NCBI GenBank assembly: GCA_000008085.1
Contig: AE017199.1
Span: 120,001 to 152,000 of the forward strand
DNA from: Nanoarchaeum equitans Kin4-M
GTDB taxonomy: Archaea; Nanobdellota; Nanobdellia; Nanobdellales; Nanoarchaeaceae
Direction: 5' to 3'
Length of the DNA: 32,000 nucleotides
The translations under genes were made by a program, and so were the position numbers. The notes beneath the pieces are model-generated. The model saw only the letters and a list, made by a program, of their open reading frames with translations, was not told the DNA's origin and did no database searches. This document shows positions 27,299-32,000 of this stretch, piece by piece; within the stretch, counting starts at the first letter, position 1, and the number at the start of each line of letters is the position of its first letter.

Positions 27299-28270
27299 AT
27301 GTTAGTAAGAATTGCTGAGGAAATTCTTGAAAACACTTTAATTAGAGTTGAAGATAAAATTAGAACTGGGACTTTTCCCACTTTTTTAACTATCCAAGTT
27401 TTCGTTTATTTGTTTTTTATATCTTTTATATTAACGATTGCAGCTTTTGTAATAATGTATTATTTGGTTAACTTTTTAATACCAAATGTAAATGCTAGCT
27501 TAATAACTTTGTTATCATTGGTTGTTATTGTGCCTATATTAACTATAGTGACTGCCCGATTAATTGTTTGGCTATTAGAAGGGTTTAGAGTTGATAATTT
27601 ATCTCAATCACTAAGAAAAAGTTTTTTTGTTTTGTTTTCTTTATTGGGTTTATTCCTTGGGCCTTTCATTTCTAGTGGTTATATACTAACGCTATTCCAA
27701 AATTCTACTCCTGTTTTAGCCCAAACGAGTTTTGTTTTGCCAGCAATAGCCCAATATTTTAGTATATCAATTCCTATGTTTTTGAAAGTGCTAACCCATA
27801 ATTTAAGTGTAGCAGGAGTTTTATTATTATTAGCCATATTTTTGGGAGAAGACGCATTTTTCATACTATTATATAATGCTGTAGCGTTAGCAACATTAAT
27901 TACAGATTTATTACCGAAAACAGATCTAGCCCATGCAATAGCGAATTGGTTGTTATTCACAATAATGTCCCTCCCCCATATGATACCAGAATTTTTAGGG
28001 TTTTTGGCTTTCTATTTATTAGGAGTCTACATTAGTTTTAGATATTGGGAACCATTAAAAGAATGGCTAAAAGAGAATGGTTTATTATTAAGATCCGAAG
28101 TGTATAAAGAATTAGAAGAAGAAATAGATATAATAGAAAGATGGCAAAAGAAAATGAGTGGGTATTATGTTTTAATGATGTTCATACTAGGAGTAATATT
28201 AATAATAGTTGGAGCAATTATTGAAGTCTTTGTAACAGCCCCAATAATTAGGGCCATACTAAAAATATGA
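27299..28270 (+). CDS. SpoIIM-like (DUF95) multi-pass membrane protein
   Basis: VLTHNLSVAGVLLLLAIFLG and LPHMIPEFLGFLAFYLLG match the N...G and PHxxPE pattern of this family. Confidence 0.7.
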   Translation: MLVRIAEEILENTLIRVEDKIRTGTFPTFLTIQVFVYLFFISFILTIAAFVIMYYLVNFLIPNVNASLITLLSLVVIVPILTIVTARLIVWLLEGFRVDNLSQSLRKSFFVLFSLLGLFLGPFISSGYILTLFQNSTPVLAQTSFVLPAIAQYFSISIPMFLKVLTHNLSVAGVLLLLAIFLGEDAFFILLYNAVALATLITDLLPKTDLAHAIANWLLFTIMSLPHMIPEFLGFLAFYLLGVYISFRYWEPLKEWLKENGLLLRSEVYKELEEEIDIIERWQKKMSGYYVLMMFILGVILIIVGAIIEVFVTAPIIRAILKI

Positions 28271-29250
28271 AACCTATCTTAATTTTATTAGCTGTAGTAT
28301 TAATTATAGTATTTTTTATTTTGTTGCCTTTTATTCCTTACATAGCTACTGGGGCAGTAATAGCCTATTTTCTATGGCCCTTATATAAAAGGCTATCCAA
28401 ATTTGTCCCAAAAAGAATTGCGGCCCTTGGTTTAATAATTGTTTTGGGCTTAATAATTGGAGCTACAACTTATTACTCCTCTTTAGTTTTGTATGTTGAG
28501 TTGTCTAAATATTTACCCACCATAATAAAACAATATAGCTCTAACCAAATGGTTGGAAAATATTTACCAATCGTTTTACAAAAACTTTATCCAACCATAT
28601 TAGATTATGCTACTTCTCTGATAAAGCTATTGCCAGACATGTTTTTAGGCATATTTATAGCGATGCTAAGCGCTTACTATTTCTTATTGGATGGACAAAA
28701 AGCAATAGATTATATAATCAATTGGATTGCTGAAAGTAAAGAGGATAGAAACCAAATAATTAATACAACCAAATCTTATCTAGATGCAGTAATAATTGGT
28801 ACTATATTTGGGGCTCTAGCCCAAGCGGTTGTGTCCTATATTGGTTTCTTAATATTAAACATAAAACTTGCTTTAGTTTTATCTATATTGGTTTTTATAG
28901 TAGCGATATTGCCTATTGTAGGTCCATCAATGATATGGGTTTTGTTAGCCCTATATTATTTTATGCAGAATAACATTAGTTTTACAATATTTTCTTTAGT
29001 ATATGGCTTATTCGTTGTGGGATTGATAGATAATATTGTAAGAATGTTCACAGTTTCGTCTAAAGCAGATATACATCCTTTGTTAGCGGCATTATCCATG
29101 ATTGGGGGGTCTATACTAATGGGATTTGCCGGCCTATTTTTGGGCCCAGTATTAGTTGGTTTAGCCTTATCTCTTATTGATTATATAAAAAACAAAAGAA
29201 TTTATTCTTCTTCAATTTCTTCGAGCTCCTCAAATTCTTCGTCAATGTAA
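28267..29250 (+). CDS. AI-2E family transporter-like membrane protein
   Basis: GTIFGALAQAVVSYIGF, VAILPIVGPSMIWVLLALYYF, DNIVRMFTVSSKADIHPLLAALSMIGGSILMGFAGLFLGPV; ATGA overlap with preceding gene. Confidence 0.88.
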   Translation: MKPILILLAVVLIIVFFILLPFIPYIATGAVIAYFLWPLYKRLSKFVPKRIAALGLIIVLGLIIGATTYYSSLVLYVELSKYLPTIIKQYSSNQMVGKYLPIVLQKLYPTILDYATSLIKLLPDMFLGIFIAMLSAYYFLLDGQKAIDYIINWIAESKEDRNQIINTTKSYLDAVIIGTIFGALAQAVVSYIGFLILNIKLALVLSILVFIVAILPIVGPSMIWVLLALYYFMQNNISFTIFSLVYGLFVVGLIDNIVRMFTVSSKADIHPLLAALSMIGGSILMGFAGLFLGPVLVGLALSLIDYIKNKRIYSSSISSSSSNSSSM

Positions 29251-29369
29251 TAATCATCTTCTTCCTCTTCTACTTCTTCATATAGATCTTCCATATATTC
29301 TTCATATTCCTCATCGTACTCCTCTTCTTCTTCCTCTTCGGGTAATTTCTTTTTATCTAAGATGTCCAT
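29202..29369 (-). CDS. Small highly acidic (Glu-rich) protein
   Basis: MDILDKKKLPEEEEEEEYDEEYEEYMEDLYEEVEEEEDDYYIDEEFEELEEIEEE; ORF track extends to 29420 but internal Met is the likely start. Confidence 0.45.
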   Translation of the reverse strand: MDILDKKKLPEEEEEEEYDEEYEEYMEDLYEEVEEEEDDYYIDEEFEELEEIEEE

Positions 29370-29410
29370 GGCACTATTTATGATGGGATTTTGTTTAAAA
29401 GTTAGTATTT

Positions 29411-29716
29411 TTAAATACAACGAATATCTTTTTTATTATAAACATATAGAATGGGTTTGCCATTTTTTAGCTTAACAAAGCCAAATCCCTCAATTTTTAC
29501 ACAATTAATCTTTATGCCTTTCATTTCTATGCATTTGTCATAGCAAATTCGATAGTAACACCAATCGTTAATACATTGTTTGTATTTTATTTCGCCCATA
29601 AATTTTACCCTTTCTCCCATATACTCTTTTATATCTCTAAAATTTATGGGCTTTTGCAAATTTTGTATAATAAATAAAATTGCTATGCCAAAAACTGCCA
29701 ATAAGTTATACCGCAT
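29411..29716 (-). CDS. Small exported Cys-containing protein, possibly OB-fold-like
   Basis: Hydrophobic N-terminus (LLAVFGIAILFII) then GERVKFMGEIKYKQCINDWCYYRICYDKC...; 7 Cys residues. Confidence 0.65.
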   Translation of the reverse strand: MRYNLLAVFGIAILFIIQNLQKPINFRDIKEYMGERVKFMGEIKYKQCINDWCYYRICYDKCIEMKGIKINCVKIEGFGFVKLKNGKPILYVYNKKDIRCI

Positions 29717-30581
29717 GCACCAAATAGGTAAACAACGCTATCAACATTATAATTATCTCTTCTTTATCTATTTTGCCTAGTTTCCCTGCTACTAATAGCA
29801 TATAGGATGTTATTATAGACAAATATATCAAAGAAAGCTCAGTAGGTTTTAGTTTTATTTCTCCGTATAGCAAAGGAATAATACCTAAAGCCAAAGTTAA
29901 TAGAGTTATTGTGCTACCAACGCTTTCTTCTAAAGTATGTTTATCCGATACCAAAGCAGAAACTAATTGGGGAACTACCGATACTAAACCTAATAAAAGA
30001 CCAACCAAATTCGGGGATAAATTAGTTCTAATAACATAGTATAGAACAATGTTTATAACCAAAGACATAGTTACCATCCCTAATAGAATGGGTGATATCT
30101 CATTGTAAAAAGTGGAAAAATCAATCTTCTTACCCCTACTTTCATATAAAGTTGCTAACAATATTAAAAAGTAAGCTAATACTAATAATAAACCATCTAA
30201 TTCTGTTATTATTCCATCAACTACTGCTAAGAATGGCAAAAACAAAGCAAAAACTATTAAATCTAAATAGCCTTCTATATGTTTAAGGGAAACTTCTTTT
30301 TTCCCTTTTATATAATAGATTAACATAGAGAATACTACTCCAAACAATGCAGAAGTAGTAATTATGTATAATGGAGTTTTATAATTAAAAATGTTGTTGC
30401 CGAATACGATTAATAACAACTCTGGGATAGACATTATCAAAGAGGCTAAAACGAAACCCGATAAATGCTCTAACATGTTTACTTTTTTTAGGAACGATTT
30501 TATCGATACTGTTACTAAAGAACTGGCCAAAGCAACAACGAAAGAGGATAAAACTATGTTAATAAATATATTATAGTCCAT
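29706..30581 (-). CDS. Sodium/calcium exchanger-like (CaCA superfamily) membrane protein
   Basis: Two degenerate alpha-repeat-like regions: HLSGFVLASLIMSIPELLLIV and LVGLLLGLVSVVPQLVSALV within a multi-TM protein. Confidence 0.55.
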   Translation of the reverse strand: MDYNIFINIVLSSFVVALASSLVTVSIKSFLKKVNMLEHLSGFVLASLIMSIPELLLIVFGNNIFNYKTPLYIITTSALFGVVFSMLIYYIKGKKEVSLKHIEGYLDLIVFALFLPFLAVVDGIITELDGLLLVLAYFLILLATLYESRGKKIDFSTFYNEISPILLGMVTMSLVINIVLYYVIRTNLSPNLVGLLLGLVSVVPQLVSALVSDKHTLEESVGSTITLLTLALGIIPLLYGEIKLKPTELSLIYLSIITSYMLLVAGKLGKIDKEEIIIMLIALFTYLVHAV

Positions 30582-30627
30582 TTTATATTTAGCAATAGAT
30601 ATTTAAATTTTGATCACACCAAAGCAT

Positions 30628-30831
30628 ATGATAGATATATCTAAAATAAAATTGCCCAAAAACATCGATATTAAACAAATCAAGGAATTGCCTAAAAAAA
30701 TACCCATAAAGGTAAATCTTAAAACGGATTTGGTTAAAATAAACAAAGATAAAGGGACTATCTATATTAACGACAAAAAAATAAAAGAGAAGCTATCAAA
30801 TTTGCTCTCTAAGATCCCCTTTAAGAAATAA
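30628..30831 (+). CDS. Small basic hypothetical protein
   Basis: ORF with TTTAAAT TATA-like element about 23 nt upstream of ATG 30628; convergent with the methyltransferase gene. Confidence 0.45.
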   Translation: MIDISKIKLPKNIDIKQIKELPKKIPIKVNLKTDLVKINKDKGTIYINDKKIKEKLSNLLSKIPFKK

Positions 30832-31422
30832 CACATTAATATAATGTTTTTTCTTTGTGTGGAAAAAATATATGGGCTTTATTGGAAATTGGTACCTTTT
30901 TATTATTTTAATATCGTAATCCTTTAACTTTTTTAGTTTTTTATATTGCGATTCCTCCCATAATAAATATACAGTTTTGGGCTTGTTTTTTTCTATAAAA
31001 TGAAAAAACTTTCTATATTCATTGCTATTGTGCCCAAATGGTGGGTTAGCAATCACATTTTCTATATTTAATTCCAAATCGCCCACATCTTTTATTAATA
31101 TTTCTACATTATTTAAACCCAAAAGTTCCTTGTTTTTATATAATATTTCTTCTTGCTCAGGATCTTTTTCTATTAAATATACTTTATTCCAACCCACTAG
31201 GGCTAAAGCTAATCCTAATATGCCATTGCCAGAACCCAAATCTGCTATTTCATCTCCAATAGGTATAGCCCACGCTATATCTGCAGCTATTTCAGAAGGG
31301 GTTTGGTATTGCTCCAATTCATATTTAGGATTTTTTATAGGAAGTAGTTTAGATAATATTATCGCTAGTTCTTTCTTGGATAGCTTTCTCGATTCTAATG
31401 ATGGTTTCTCTTTCTTCATCAT
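30796..31422 (-). CDS. METTL5-like RNA N6-adenine methyltransferase
   Basis: LEQYQTPSEIAADIAW, IADLGSGNGILGLALALVG, NVIANPPFGHNSN (NPPF motif). Confidence 0.87.
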   Translation of the reverse strand: MMKKEKPSLESRKLSKKELAIILSKLLPIKNPKYELEQYQTPSEIAADIAWAIPIGDEIADLGSGNGILGLALALVGWNKVYLIEKDPEQEEILYKNKELLGLNNVEILIKDVGDLELNIENVIANPPFGHNSNEYRKFFHFIEKNKPKTVYLLWEESQYKKLKKLKDYDIKIIKRYQFPIKPIYFFHTKKKHYINVLFLKGDLREQI

Positions 31423-31945
31423 CCAAATATTGCCTTATCTCCTTTATATGTCTCTCTACATTTGGTATTAGTTTTTTCTCCAAATAGAGTTTTTTTCTTT
31501 TGGTTTTACCTATCTCTACTAATAATTTTCTAACTGCATCCTCTTCGCTAGCAATTTTTAATATTATTTCTATGGCCTTTTTAAGCTCTTCACTAGCCTT
31601 TTTAAGGTTTTCATCTATATAATAATGAGGTTGCTCTTTAACATTACTCTCCAAATCGAATACTTTAACTCCCATTATGTTTATGGTTTTAGTTTTTATG
31701 GAATAATCTAAAACATCTAAGGAAGAGTATAAAATACCTCTACTTGTTGCGAACTTAAAATAATGGTCATACATGCTTTTTATAATAGGTTGGAGTTCTT
31801 TTCTATATTGTTTTATCTTTTTTAATCTTTTTATTAATTCGAAAACCAAAACATTGAGCTTTTTTTCTAAAATAGATTGGCCCTTTTTGTATAGTTTTAA
31901 CTTTCTTTTTAATTCAATTAGAGTTGTTTTATTCTTGGCATACAC
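31349..31945 (-). CDS. atpD: A/V-type ATP synthase subunit D
   Basis: TTLIELKRKLKLYKKGQSILEKKLNVLVFEL and KLYLEKKLIPNVERHIKEIRQYLDDEERETIIRIEK. Confidence 0.85.
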   Translation of the reverse strand: MYAKNKTTLIELKRKLKLYKKGQSILEKKLNVLVFELIKRLKKIKQYRKELQPIIKSMYDHYFKFATSRGILYSSLDVLDYSIKTKTINIMGVKVFDLESNVKEQPHYYIDENLKKASEELKKAIEIILKIASEEDAVRKLLVEIGKTKRKKLYLEKKLIPNVERHIKEIRQYLDDEERETIIRIEKAIQERTSDNII

Positions 31946-31991
31946 CTATTATTTATAGAAAAATTTTTAAATATCTATCTATTGCAATCTC

Positions 31992-32000
31992 GGGGCCGTA
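31992..32000 (+). tRNA. Possible 5' end of a truncated tRNA (GGGGCCGTA...)
   Basis: GC-rich start resembling the other tRNA 5' ends, 23-24 nt downstream of a TTTAAATA element, but cut by the window edge. Confidence 0.35.

Noticed and set aside
31349-31430. ATGATGA C-box-like sequence at the methyltransferase start
   Set aside because: No matching D box within 10-14 nt; coding sequence explains it.

Overview
AT-rich window from a compact archaeal genome. It is probably thermophilic, judging by very GC-rich tRNAs in an AT-rich background, and DPANN-like (an inference from compactness and scattered core operons). Recognisable genes: translin-like, FtsZ, group II chaperonin (thermosome), Topo VI subunit B, aMBF1-like regulator, uL4, YjbQ/UPF0047, a B12-binding radical SAM protein, PDCD5-like, archaeal adenylate kinase, CCA-adding enzyme, AglB/STT3, split RNA polymerase B', Nog1-like GTPase, ASCH-HTH fusion, PEBP-like, SpoIIM-like and AI-2E-like membrane proteins, METTL5-like methyltransferase, and ATPase subunit D. 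Three complete tRNA genes are present: Ala-TGC, Pro-GGG and Lys-TTT. Two main signals stand out. (1) A tightly overlapping five-gene minus-strand cluster (about 1928-7263) encodes N-terminally anchored, Cys-bearing surface proteins that share a degenerate C-terminal Cys/Gly module. It is flanked by further uncharacterised membrane proteins and a secreted transglutaminase/cysteine-protease-like protein. (2) Two previously unannotated box C/D sRNA candidates flank the Nog1 gene. One has ideal C-12-D'-3-C'-12-D spacing and both its guides look tRNA-directed (D-arm and T-arm). The other overlaps the 3' end and stop codon of Nog1. No CRISPR array or obvious mobile element was seen.
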